A stretch of DNA of 32,000 nt from Methylorubrum extorquens (GTDB taxonomy: Bacteria > Pseudomonadota > Alphaproteobacteria > Rhizobiales > Beijerinckiaceae), in assembly GCA_900234795.1 (NCBI GenBank), contig LT962688.1, positions 5,010,001 to 5,042,000 of the forward strand, written 5' to 3'. The position numbers and the translations under genes are program-made. Positions 17,079-27,821 of this stretch are shown piece after piece. A model generated the notes under the pieces. That model was not told where the DNA came from. It searched no databases and saw only the letters and a list, made by a program, of their open reading frames with translations. How positions within the stretch are numbered: position 1 is the stretch's first letter; the number at the start of each line of letters is the position of its first letter.

Positions 17079-17140
17079 TCGCGCCCTGCGGTGAAGCCTA
17101 CGGCCTACACATCCATCGGTGCGAGTGGGGACGAACCACC

Positions 17141-17827
17141 ATGAGTCACACCCAGAAACACGCCCTGATCGTCGGCGCCTCCCGCGGCCTCGGGCTCGGG
17201 CTGGCCGAGACCTTCCTGCGGCGCGGCTGGCGGGTCACCGCGACCCGGCGCGGGGCCGCGCCCGGTCTCGAACAGCTCGCGGCGGAGGGTGTGCGGGTCG
17301 AAACGGTCGATATCGACGACGATGCGTCGGTTGCCGCCCTGCACGAACGGACGAGGCGCGAACAATTCGATCTGGTCTTCGTGGTGGCCGGCGTGCTGAT
17401 CGAAGCGGAGAAGCCGCTCAACGCGGTGGCGCGGGCGGTCCACGCACAGGTCTACCTGACCAATGCGGTGAGCCCGATCCTGTTCGCGGACGCCTTTGCC
17501 GAGACCCTTGCACCCGGCGGCACGCTCGCCTTCATGTCCTCGGTGCTCGGCAGCGTCGGCCTCAACACCGAGGGCGGCTGGGAGAACTATCGGGCGAGCA
17601 AGGCGGCGCTCAACACCAATGCCCGCAGCTTCGCGGCGCGCCACGCCGACCGCGCGTTCGGCGTGCTGCTGCTGCATCCGGGCTGGGTCGCCACCGATAT
17701 GGGCGGCGAAGGGGCCGACCTCGACGTGGCGACGAGCGCGGCCGGGTTGGCGGACGTGATCCAGGCGAGAGCCGGCCGGACGGATCTCGCCTTTCTCGAC
17801 TACCGGGGCGAGACGCTGCCCTGGTAA
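17141..17827 (+). CDS. Short-chain dehydrogenase/reductase (SDR)
   Basis: ATG 17141. ALIVGASRGLGLG nucleotide-binding motif and catalytic YRASKAALN. Confidence 0.85.
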   Translation: MSHTQKHALIVGASRGLGLGLAETFLRRGWRVTATRRGAAPGLEQLAAEGVRVETVDIDDDASVAALHERTRREQFDLVFVVAGVLIEAEKPLNAVARAVHAQVYLTNAVSPILFADAFAETLAPGGTLAFMSSVLGSVGLNTEGGWENYRASKAALNTNARSFAARHADRAFGVLLLHPGWVATDMGGEGADLDVATSAAGLADVIQARAGRTDLAFLDYRGETLPW

Positions 17828-17833
17828 GCCCGA

Positions 17834-17880
17834 GCATCGTCCCGAAAGCCGGCGGCCGGCTTTTGCCAAAAAGACGATGC
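17834..17880. terminator. Bidirectional terminator-like nested hairpin between convergent genes
   Basis: Outer arms GCATCGTC (17834..17841) / GACGATGC (17873..17880). Inner arms AAAGCCGGC / GCCGGCTTT (17845..17863), flanked by TTTT on the plus strand and AAAAA, which reads as TTTTT on the minus strand. Confidence 0.55.
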
Positions 17881-17887
17881 CTTGAGC

Positions 17888-18259
17888 TTACCGGCGCTGA
17901 TCGAGGGGCCGGCTGCGGCGCTCGACCACCACGGTCGGCCGGCTGCGGCGTTCGACGATCACCGCCCGCGGCGGGGCGCGGTTCGGGCTCGTCGGCGCGA
18001 GGATGCGCTGCTCCAGCGGCCGGTGCGCCGGACGCGCCGCCGCGGCCTTGGCAGCGGCGACGACGTGGGGGCGCACCTCGTCCGGGCCGAGGCCGATCAG
18101 CCCGCAGGCGATCTCCACCTGCTGCTCGACGTCGTCGGCCAGATCCTGGGCGGCGGCGACCGCCTCGTCGACCGTGGGCGGCTCGCGCCGCACCCGGATC
18201 GGAGGCAGATCCTGAAAGCTCTTCGGTGATTTTTTCACGGCACGACTCGCGGTCTTCAT
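17888..18259 (-). CDS. Hypothetical basic protein with a tandem ERRSRP repeat at the C-terminus
   Basis: ATG 18259. Strong GC3 bias in this frame. No recognisable domain. Confidence 0.5.
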   Translation of the reverse strand: MKTASRAVKKSPKSFQDLPPIRVRREPPTVDEAVAAAQDLADDVEQQVEIACGLIGLGPDEVRPHVVAAAKAAAARPAHRPLEQRILAPTSPNRAPPRAVIVERRSRPTVVVERRSRPLDQRR

Positions 18260-18570
18260 GCACCGATCATAGGACGGTCCGTCCGGTTTGTGCACTGCAC
18301 CTAAATCGGACGTGACGGACCGCCGGCCGCATGGCTTGCCGGGCGGACGCCCCGCTCGTCGAGCATGCAGGATGCGCGCCGATCCGCGCGGGCGCCAGCA
18401 CATTCGTTGACGGAGTCAGCAGGCGAACGGGGCCCAAGCCTTTCAGAGTGTCGCGGTCGCGCAGCAAAAGGATTGGCGAATCCACGCGCCTGCGGGGCAC
18501 ACGAAAATCGGGGCTGTCGCGATCCTTCATCCCGAATCCCGCCCCGATCCTGCGCTACGCAGGTTCCACG

Positions 18571-19431
18571 ATGCCAGACACACACGATCCCCGCCTCACC
18601 CCGGCCCGGCCCGACCTTGCCGATATCCGCCTGAAAGGCGTCGTGGCGGCCGAGCGCTACGTCGCGGGCGAGCCGGCGCGGGTCGCCGTGCCCTCCGCTC
18701 CCCTCCGCCGCGCGCCGCGCCTCGAGGCCGGGCTCGAGACCGAGGCGGTGATGGGCGACGCCGTGACGGTGTTCGAGATCCGGGACGGATTCGCCTGGGG
18801 CCAGATCGCCCGCGACGGCTATGTCGGCTACCTGCCGGAGACGGCGCTCGGGGCGATCGATCCGGCGCCGACCCATCGGGTCGCCGCTTTGCGCACCTTC
18901 GTTTACCCCGCGCCCGACCTGAAGCGTCCGCACCTCGCCCATCTCAGCCTCGGCGCCGCCTTTGCGGCGGAGGCGCAGGAGGGCGAGTACTGGCGGCTCG
19001 CCGGCGGCGGCTACGTCTTTGCCGGCCACGCCGTGCCGCTCGGGACCGCCGAGCCCGATTTTCCGGCCACCGCCGAGCGGCTCGTCGGCACGCCCTATCT
19101 CTGGGGCGGGCGTACCAGTCTCGGCCTCGATTGCTCGGGCCTCGTCCAGCTCTGCCTGGAAACCGCGGGACGGGCCTGTCGGCGCGACGCCGACCAGCAG
19201 GAACGGGGCCTCGGAACCGCCCTGCCGCCGAGGCTCGACCGCCTGCGGCGCGGCGACCTCGTGTTCTGGAAGGGCCATGTCGGGATGATGCTCGACGCCG
19301 ACCGGCTGATCCACGCCAACGGCCACCACATGGCGGTGGCGGTCGAGCCTTTGTGCGAGGCTGTCGAGCGTATCGCCGTCAAGAGTTTCGGCGCCGTCAC
19401 CACGATCCGCCGGCTCGATCCGATCGCCTGA
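18571..19431 (+). CDS. NlpC/P60 (C40) family cell-wall peptidase with an N-terminal SH3b-like region
   Basis: ATG 18571. Catalytic block GTPYLWGGRTSLGLDCSGLVQ ... GDLVFWKGHVGMM ... HAN. Confidence 0.8.
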   Translation: MPDTHDPRLTPARPDLADIRLKGVVAAERYVAGEPARVAVPSAPLRRAPRLEAGLETEAVMGDAVTVFEIRDGFAWGQIARDGYVGYLPETALGAIDPAPTHRVAALRTFVYPAPDLKRPHLAHLSLGAAFAAEAQEGEYWRLAGGGYVFAGHAVPLGTAEPDFPATAERLVGTPYLWGGRTSLGLDCSGLVQLCLETAGRACRRDADQQERGLGTALPPRLDRLRRGDLVFWKGHVGMMLDADRLIHANGHHMAVAVEPLCEAVERIAVKSFGAVTTIRRLDPIA

Positions 19432-19437
19432 GGATGT

Positions 19438-20589
19438 TCAGCCGGCGCGGACGCTCTCCGGCGCCAATTCGATCAGCGCCTCGGCGAGGGCATCGACCTG
19501 CTCCTCGTTATGCGCTGCCGAGAAGGCGACCCGTAGACGGGCGGTGCCGGGGGCGACCGTCGGCGGACGGATCGCCACCACGAGGAAGCCGCGCGCCTCC
19601 AACGCCGTCGAGAGAGCAAGCGCTGCCTCCGCCGCGCCGATGAGCACCGGCACGATCGGGCTCATCGCCTCGGGCAGGCCGAGACGCGCGGTGAAGCTGC
19701 GCGCGAGCGCCAGCGGCCGGGCGGCGCGCTCCGGCTCCGTCTCGACGATGTCGAGGGCTTTGAGCGCCGCGGCGGCGGAGGCCGGCGGCAGGCCGGTGGT
19801 GTAGACGAGGCTGCGCGCCCGGCTGGTCAGCAGGTCGATCACGGGCTGCGAGGCGCAGAGATAGCCGCCATAGGAGCCCAGCGTCTTCGAGAGCGTGCCC
19901 ATTTCAAGCGGCGCCCGCTGGCCGGGCTCGACCACGCCGAGGCCGTGGGCGTCGTCCACCAGTGTCCAGGCGTCGTATTCGCCGGCAAGCGCCAGGATCT
20001 CGGGGAGCGGCGCCCGGTCGCCGTCCATGCTGAACACCCGCTCGGTCAGGATCAGCGCCCGCCGCGCCGTGCCGCGATGCTCGGCGAGCAGCGTGCGCAG
20101 CTGAGCGACGTCGTTATGGGCAAAGCGCACGGTCTGCGCCCTCGACATCGCCGCTCCCGCGAACAGGCAGGAATGGCCGAGTTCGTCGATCAGGATCAGG
20201 TCGCCCGCGCCGACGAGGGCCGGCGCGATGCCGAGATTGGCGAGATAGCCCGAGCCGAAGACGAGGGCGGCCTCCTTGCCCTTGTGCCGAGCAAGCCGCT
20301 CCTCCAGCGCCGCGAGCGGGGGGGAATTGCCGGTCACCAGACGCGAGGCGCCCGCGCCCGCGCCGTAGCGCGCCAGCGCTTCGGTGGCCGCCGCGATCAC
20401 CCGCGGATCGTGGGCGAGGCCGAGATAATCGTTGCAGGAGAACGAGACGAGGCTGCGTCCCCCCCGCTCGGCCGCCGCCTCGGGGCCTCGCGCTGTCACG
20501 GCCAGACGGCGGCGTAGGGCGCTGGCTTCCAGGCCGGCGAGCTTTTCTCCGGCGAAGGCGTCGAGGCTGTTCGATGGGTTCGGCGACAT
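19438..20589 (-). CDS. bioF: 8-amino-7-oxononanoate synthase
   Basis: Class-II aminotransferase. FSCNDYLGL, GSGYLAN, DDAHG, and GTLSKTLGSYGG with the PLP lysine. Confidence 0.85.
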   Translation of the reverse strand: MSPNPSNSLDAFAGEKLAGLEASALRRRLAVTARGPEAAAERGGRSLVSFSCNDYLGLAHDPRVIAAATEALARYGAGAGASRLVTGNSPPLAALEERLARHKGKEAALVFGSGYLANLGIAPALVGAGDLILIDELGHSCLFAGAAMSRAQTVRFAHNDVAQLRTLLAEHRGTARRALILTERVFSMDGDRAPLPEILALAGEYDAWTLVDDAHGLGVVEPGQRAPLEMGTLSKTLGSYGGYLCASQPVIDLLTSRARSLVYTTGLPPASAAAALKALDIVETEPERAARPLALARSFTARLGLPEAMSPIVPVLIGAAEAALALSTALEARGFLVVAIRPPTVAPGTARLRVAFSAAHNEEQVDALAEALIELAPESVRAG

Positions 20590-20644
20590 GGCGCTTGAAG
20601 GCGACGGCGCTCAGGCGAAGTCAAGACGATGGTGATGAGCGTGG

Positions 20645-20669
20645 CGAACCCGTTGCGGGGCGCCGCGTT
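20645..20669 (+). promoter_or_regulatory. Weak sigma-EcfG-like motif (CGAAC-N16-CGTT)
   Basis: One mismatch in the -35. It lies about 27 nt upstream of ATG 20696. Motif match only. Confidence 0.2.
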
Positions 20670-20695
20670 GCCCAGGCTCTGCCGGAACCCCTGCC

Positions 20696-20926
20696 ATGCT
20701 GCGCCGCCGCCTCGTCGTCCTTCTGCTGATCGCCTTTGCCGGTCCCTTCGTCAGCCCGGCACCGGCCTCGGCCGGCCCGGCGCAGTCCTACCTGTTCGGC
20801 GAGACGCGCTTCCGCAACGCCTGCCGTCCGCCGCTGAAATACGCGGCCGGGGCCTGCGTCCGCCGCTGCCCGGCCGGCTTTGAGAGCTTCCGCGGCTATT
20901 GTCGGCAGCGCAACATGATGCGCTGA
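20696..20926 (+). CDS. Small secreted protein with 4 Cys (hypothetical)
   Basis: Signal-peptide-like MLRRRLVVLLLIAFAGPFVSPAPASA, high GC3, and Cys pattern C-x12-C-x3-C-x10-C. Confidence 0.5.
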   Translation: MLRRRLVVLLLIAFAGPFVSPAPASAGPAQSYLFGETRFRNACRPPLKYAAGACVRRCPAGFESFRGYCRQRNMMR

Positions 20927-20988
20927 TCGTCACCGAACTTGACTTGCATAGGCGGGCGCAAAGTGCGAGCCTTCCGGGGTCCGTTACA

Positions 20989-21222
20989 GACGATACGGGA
21001 GAGCCCAGGCTCATCGAAAGATGAATCATGGCGCCGACGGAGCAACCACCCCCGGAAACTCTCAGGCACAATCACCGTATCGTTGGACAATCTGGAGAGA
21101 GGCGCCGTCCGGCGTCCACCGAAGGAGAAACCTCGCTCGAATGCCGAGTGAGGGAAGCTCTCAGGTAAGCGCGACAGATGGGGGCAACTTGCCAGCCGGC
21201 CGGCGGGCAAGATCCGTCTGTC
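20989..21222 (+). promoter_or_regulatory. Tandem glycine riboswitch (two aptamers plus expression platform) leading gcvTHP
   Basis: Aptamer 1: P1 CGATACGG (20991..) pairs with CCGTATCG (21075..). Its core reads GGGAGAG ... GCGCCGACGGAGCAA ... CTCTCAGGCA. Aptamer 2 core: CTGGAGAGA ... CACCGAAGGAGAAAC ... CTCTCAGGTAA..GACAG. Downstream, a GACAGATGG/CCGTCTGTC helix ends right at the GTGGAG SD. Confidence 0.8.
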
Positions 21223-21234
21223 GTGGAGTGCCCG

Positions 21235-22413
21235 ATGAGTCTTCAAGCTGCCGGAGCCGTGAGCGCCGCCGCCCCCGTTTCCGCTGATCCGCTGGCACAG
21301 ACGCCGCTGCACCCGCTCCACCTGCGCCTCGGCGCCAAGATGGTGCCGTTCGCGGGCTACGCGATGCCGCTGCAATACCCCGCCGGGCTGCTCAAGGAGC
21401 ACCTGCACACGCGGGCGGCGGCCGGACTCTTCGACGTGTCGCATATGGGCCAGATCGCGCTGACGCCTCGCTCTGGTGATGGTGCGGAGGCGGCCCGCGC
21501 CCTCGAAGCGCTGATCCCCATCGATATCCTCGGGCTTCCCGAGGGCCGCCAGCGCTACGGCTTCCTGACGGACGAGGCCGGCGGCATCCTCGACGACCTC
21601 ATGGTCGCGCGCCTGCCCGGCCGGCTCCACGTCGTCGTCAACGCCGCCAACAAGGCCGCCGGTTTCGCGCATCTTCGGGCGCATCTCCCGGACGATATCG
21701 ACATGACGCTGGTGCCGGATGCGCTGATCGCGCTTCAGGGCCCCAAGGCGGCCGAGGTGCTGGCGCGGCTGGCACCCGAGACCGAGGCGATGCGCTTCAT
21801 GGATGTGCGCGCGGTCGCGATCCTCGGCGCGCCCTGCCTTGTCAGCCGCTCCGGCTATACCGGCGAGGACGGTTTCGAGATTTCCGTGCCGGCCGAGCGC
21901 GCCGAAGCTGTGGCCGAAGCCCTGCTCGCGGAGGCCGAAGTGCTGCCGGTCGGCCTCGGCGCCCGCGATTCCCTGCGCCTCGAAGCCGGCCTGCCGCTCC
22001 ACGGCGCCGACATCGACCCCGGCACCAACCCAGTCGAGGCCAGCCTCGCCTGGGCGATCTCGCCCGCCCGCCGCCGGGGCGGCGCCCGCGAAGGCGGGTT
22101 TCCGGGCGCCGAAAAAATCCTCTCCGCGATGGAGGCTGGGCCGTCCCGGCGGCGCGTCGGCCTGCGCCCCGAGGGCAGGGCGCCGGTGCGGGCGGAGGCC
22201 CCGCTCTTCGCCACCGAGGCCGGCGGCGATCCGGTCGGCCGCGTCACCTCCGGCGGCTTCGGCCCGAGCGTCGGGGCGCCCGTCGCCATGGGCTTTCTGC
22301 CGGTCGCACTGGCGGCGCCCGGCACCCGCGTCTTCGCCGAGGTGCGCGGCCAGCGTCTCCCCCTCGTCGTCTCCCCGCTTCCCTTCGTCCCGGCCGGCTT
22401 CAAGCGCGGCTGA
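21235..22413 (+). CDS. gcvT: Glycine cleavage system aminomethyltransferase (T protein)
   Basis: ATG 21235 after [40 protein letters not shown] and [14 protein letters not shown]. Confidence 0.92.
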   Translation: MSLQAAGAVSAAAPVSADPLAQTPLHPLHLRLGAKMVPFAGYAMPLQYPAGLLKEHLHTRAAAGLFDVSHMGQIALTPRSGDGAEAARALEALIPIDILGLPEGRQRYGFLTDEAGGILDDLMVARLPGRLHVVVNAANKAAGFAHLRAHLPDDIDMTLVPDALIALQGPKAAEVLARLAPETEAMRFMDVRAVAILGAPCLVSRSGYTGEDGFEISVPAERAEAVAEALLAEAEVLPVGLGARDSLRLEAGLPLHGADIDPGTNPVEASLAWAISPARRRGGAREGGFPGAEKILSAMEAGPSRRRVGLRPEGRAPVRAEAPLFATEAGGDPVGRVTSGGFGPSVGAPVAMGFLPVALAAPGTRVFAEVRGQRLPLVVSPLPFVPAGFKRG

Positions 22414-22439
22414 TCTCTCTCGTGTCAGGAGTTTTGACC

Positions 22440-22802
22440 ATGCTGCGTTTCACCGACGAGCACGAATGGCTGCGCCTCGACGGCGACGTCGCCACGGTCG
22501 GCATCACCGCGCACGCCGCCGAACAACTCGGCGACCTCGTCTTCGTCGAGCTGCCGAAGGTCGGCGCGAAGCTGACCAAGGGCGAGGCGGCCGCGGTGGT
22601 CGAGTCCGTCAAGGCGGCCTCCGACGTCTACGCACCGCTCTCCGGCGAAGTCACCGAGGTCAACGAGACGGCGGTCGCCGACCCGGCCTCGGTCGGCACC
22701 GACCCGCAGGGCGGCGGCTGGCTCTACCTGCTCAAGCTCGACGATCCCTCCGCCATGGACGAGCTGATGGACGAGGCGGCCTACGCGGCGTTCGCGAAGT
22801 AG
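22440..22802 (+). CDS. gcvH: Glycine cleavage system H protein
   Basis: ATG 22440 after [15 protein letters not shown], and [13 protein letters not shown] with the lipoyl-lysine motif. Confidence 0.92.
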   Translation: MLRFTDEHEWLRLDGDVATVGITAHAAEQLGDLVFVELPKVGAKLTKGEAAAVVESVKAASDVYAPLSGEVTEVNETAVADPASVGTDPQGGGWLYLLKLDDPSAMDELMDEAAYAAFAK

Positions 22803-22830
22803 CGCCAGCCGGATCCCTTCCCAGCCATCC

Positions 22831-22943
22831 CCCTCATCCTGAGGTGCCGGAGCGCAGCGGAGGCCTCGAAGGAGACCTCCCGTACCCGCCACGACCCCTG
22901 GAGCCCTCCTTCGAGGCTGCTTCGCAGCACCTCAGGATGAGGG
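22831..22943. repeat. Nested palindromic element of about 113 bp (family 1, copy A) between gcvH and gcvP
   Basis: Outer inverted repeat CCCTCATCCTGAGG ... CCTCAGGATGAGGG. Inner inverted repeat GGCCTCGAAGGA ... TCCTTCGAGGC. A second copy lies at 29416..29522. Confidence 0.75.
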
Positions 22944-22993
22944 GGGGAGGGGGTGACGAGGCGCGCGGCATCCGCCTTCGAAAGGCTTGCCCC

Positions 22994-25840
<2,847 letters not shown>

Positions 25841-25851
25841 GGCCGCCGCAT

Positions 25852-25875
25852 GCCCCTTCCCAGCAGGGGAGGGGC
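25852..25875 (+). terminator. GC hairpin after gcvP (possible leaky terminator or processing site)
   Basis: GCCCCTTCCC-agca-GGGGAGGGGC, a 10-bp stem including one G-U pair, followed by gtcgcgcgTTTgac. Confidence 0.4.
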
Positions 25876-25920
25876 GTCGCGCGTTTGACTCCGTCAGCGC
25901 CACCCCTCAATCCCCCGCCC

Positions 25921-27171
25921 ATGACCGCGCTCGAACACCATCACCTTTGGCGCCCCTACACCCAGATGAAGACCGCCGCGCCGCCGCTGGAGGCGATCGC
26001 GACGCGGGGCTCGCGCATCACGTTGAAAGGCGGGCGCGAACTCATCGACGGCATCGCCTCGTGGTGGACGGCGGTGCACGGCTACAATCACCCGCACATC
26101 GCCGCGGCGATGGCCGACCAGCTCATGCGGATGCCGCACGTGATGTTCGGTGGCCTCACCCACGCCCCGGCCGAGCGGCTGGGCGCGCGCCTCGCCGCGC
26201 TGCTGCCGGGGGATCTCAACCACGTCTTCTTCACCGATTCCGGCTCGGTCGCCGTCGAGGTCGCGCTGAAGATGGCGGTTCAGCTCTGGCTCAACCGTGG
26301 CGAGACCGGCCGCACCCGCGTGCTCGCCTTTCGCGGCGGCTATCACGGCGACACGATGGGTGCGATGTCGGCCTGCGACCCCGAGGAGGGGATGCACCGC
26401 CGCTTCGGCGCCTACCTTCCTACTCAGGTGTTTTGCGCGCTGCCGCGCACGGCCGAGGGCGAGGCGGCCCTCGATGCGGCGCTGGCCCGACACCGCCACG
26501 AACTCGCGGCGGTGATCGTCGAGCCCCTGGTGCAGGGGGCGGGCGGGATGCTGACCCATCCACCGGAGGTGCTGGCCACCGTCGCGCGGCTGGCCCGCCA
26601 CCACGGCCTGGCGCTCATCGCCGACGAGATTTTCACCGGGTTCGGCCGCACGGGGACGCTGTTCGCCTGCGAGCAGGCCGGCATCGTGCCCGACATCCTC
26701 TGCCTGTCGAAGGCGCTCACCGGCGGCACGATGGCGCTGGCCGCCACGGTCGCCACCACCGAGATCTTTTCCGCCTTCTGGTCCGAAGAGGCATCGGCCG
26801 CGCTGATGCACGGGCCGACCTTTATGGCGAACCCGCTTGCCTGCGCGGCGGCGAATGCCAGCCTCGATTTATTCGAGGCCGAGCCGCGCCTCGCGCAGGC
26901 CCAAGCCATCGCCGCACGCCTGCAAGACGGGCTCGCCCCCTTAAGCCGGCTGCCCGGTGTGCGGGACGTTCGGGTGCTTGGCGCCATCGGCGCGGTGCAA
27001 TTCGCAGGCACGCCCGACCTCGCGGATCTCAAGCGGCGTTTCGTCGAGCGCGGCGTCTGGGTGCGCCCCTTCGGCGACATCGTCTACCTCACCCCGGCGC
27101 TCACGATCAATGCGGGCGACCTCGACCGTCTGATCGCGGCCGTGACGGCGGTGACCGAGGCGGTGGCGTAG
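25921..27171 (+). CDS. bioA: Adenosylmethionine-8-amino-7-oxononanoate aminotransferase
   Basis: ATG 25921. HLWRPYTQM, WWTAVHGYNHP, DEIFTGFGRTG, and LCLSKALTGG with the PLP lysine. Confidence 0.9.
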   Translation: MTALEHHHLWRPYTQMKTAAPPLEAIATRGSRITLKGGRELIDGIASWWTAVHGYNHPHIAAAMADQLMRMPHVMFGGLTHAPAERLGARLAALLPGDLNHVFFTDSGSVAVEVALKMAVQLWLNRGETGRTRVLAFRGGYHGDTMGAMSACDPEEGMHRRFGAYLPTQVFCALPRTAEGEAALDAALARHRHELAAVIVEPLVQGAGGMLTHPPEVLATVARLARHHGLALIADEIFTGFGRTGTLFACEQAGIVPDILCLSKALTGGTMALAATVATTEIFSAFWSEEASAALMHGPTFMANPLACAAANASLDLFEAEPRLAQAQAIAARLQDGLAPLSRLPGVRDVRVLGAIGAVQFAGTPDLADLKRRFVERGVWVRPFGDIVYLTPALTINAGDLDRLIAAVTAVTEAVA

Positions 27172-27177
27172 GGCCGA

Positions 27178-27203
27178 CGCGCCGCGATCGGCCCCGCGGC
27201 GCG
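27178..27203 (+). terminator. GC hairpin after bioA
   Basis: CGCGCCGC (27178..27185) pairs with GCGGCGCG (27196..27203), followed by an AAGCT/AGCTT mini-hairpin. No T-tract. Confidence 0.3.
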
Positions 27204-27308
27204 AAGCTTGCGAGCTTGGCCGCAGAGAACCGCGGGACCCTGCAACCCGCAGCGGGGTTACCCGTTGGATGATCGCAGCGCAGCGGTTCCCGGCACGGGA
27301 AACGGCCA

Positions 27309-27386
27309 AGCCTGTGAGCAGGCTCAGTCTGTGAGCGGGCCAGGTCTGTGGGCAGGCCGAGTCTGTCAACGACAAGTCTGCTAACA
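27309..27386. repeat. Tandem array of about 4.5 imperfect 17-bp repeats (consensus roughly AGTCTGTGRGCRGGCCN)
   Basis: The (C/T)CTG cores start at 27311, 27328, 27345, 27362 and 27377, giving spacings of 17, 17, 17 and 15. The array ends about 40 nt before the response-regulator GTG. Confidence 0.6.
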
Positions 27387-27422
27387 CCTTGGGCCGCTGG
27401 AGCAAATCGGGGAGAGCGTAAG

Positions 27423-27821
27423 GTGGCGAGCCAGACCGAGACGACGAATCCGGAAGCCGACCGTCCCGTCATCCTCATCGTCGAGGACGAGGCCCTGACC
27501 ATCATGGACCTCGGCGACGTGCTGGAGGGGGGCGGTTACGACACCGTGCAATGCGCCTCCGCCGAGCGCGCGCTGTCCATCCTTCAAGCGCGGCCCGACA
27601 TCTGCGGCCTCGTGACCGACGTGCAGCTCTCGGGCCGGGTCGATGGCTTCGATCTGGCCGCTTCCGTCGCCCAGGCGCGGCCGAACCTGCCGATCCTGAT
27701 CGTGTCCGGCCGCGCCTCGCCCGATCCCGAGCGCATGCCGGAGGGTGCGCAGTTCATCGCCCGCCCCTGCGCGGGCGAGGATATCCTGGCCCGGCTCAAG
27801 GGATTGATGCCGCATTGCTGA
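27423..27821 (+). CDS. Single-domain response regulator (receiver only)
   Basis: GTG 27423 after GGGGAGAG. ILIVEDE acidic pocket, phospho-acceptor context LVTDVQLSG, and LPILIVSGR. Confidence 0.8.
   Translation: MASQTETTNPEADRPVILIVEDEALTIMDLGDVLEGGGYDTVQCASAERALSILQARPDICGLVTDVQLSGRVDGFDLAASVAQARPNLPILIVSGRASPDPERMPEGAQFIARPCAGEDILARLKGLMPHC

Noticed and set aside
17119-18315. 398-aa Arg-rich plus-strand ORF spanning the SDR gene and the downstream hypothetical
   Set aside because: It is out of frame with the SDR gene, crosses a terminator-like hairpin and has an extreme Arg/Gly/Pro composition.
21803-22993. 397-codon N-terminal extension of the gcvP ORF (track ORF 21803..25840)
   Set aside because: It overlaps gcvT and gcvH in another frame and reads through the palindromic repeat. 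The true gcvP start is ATG 22994 ([11 protein letters not shown]...).
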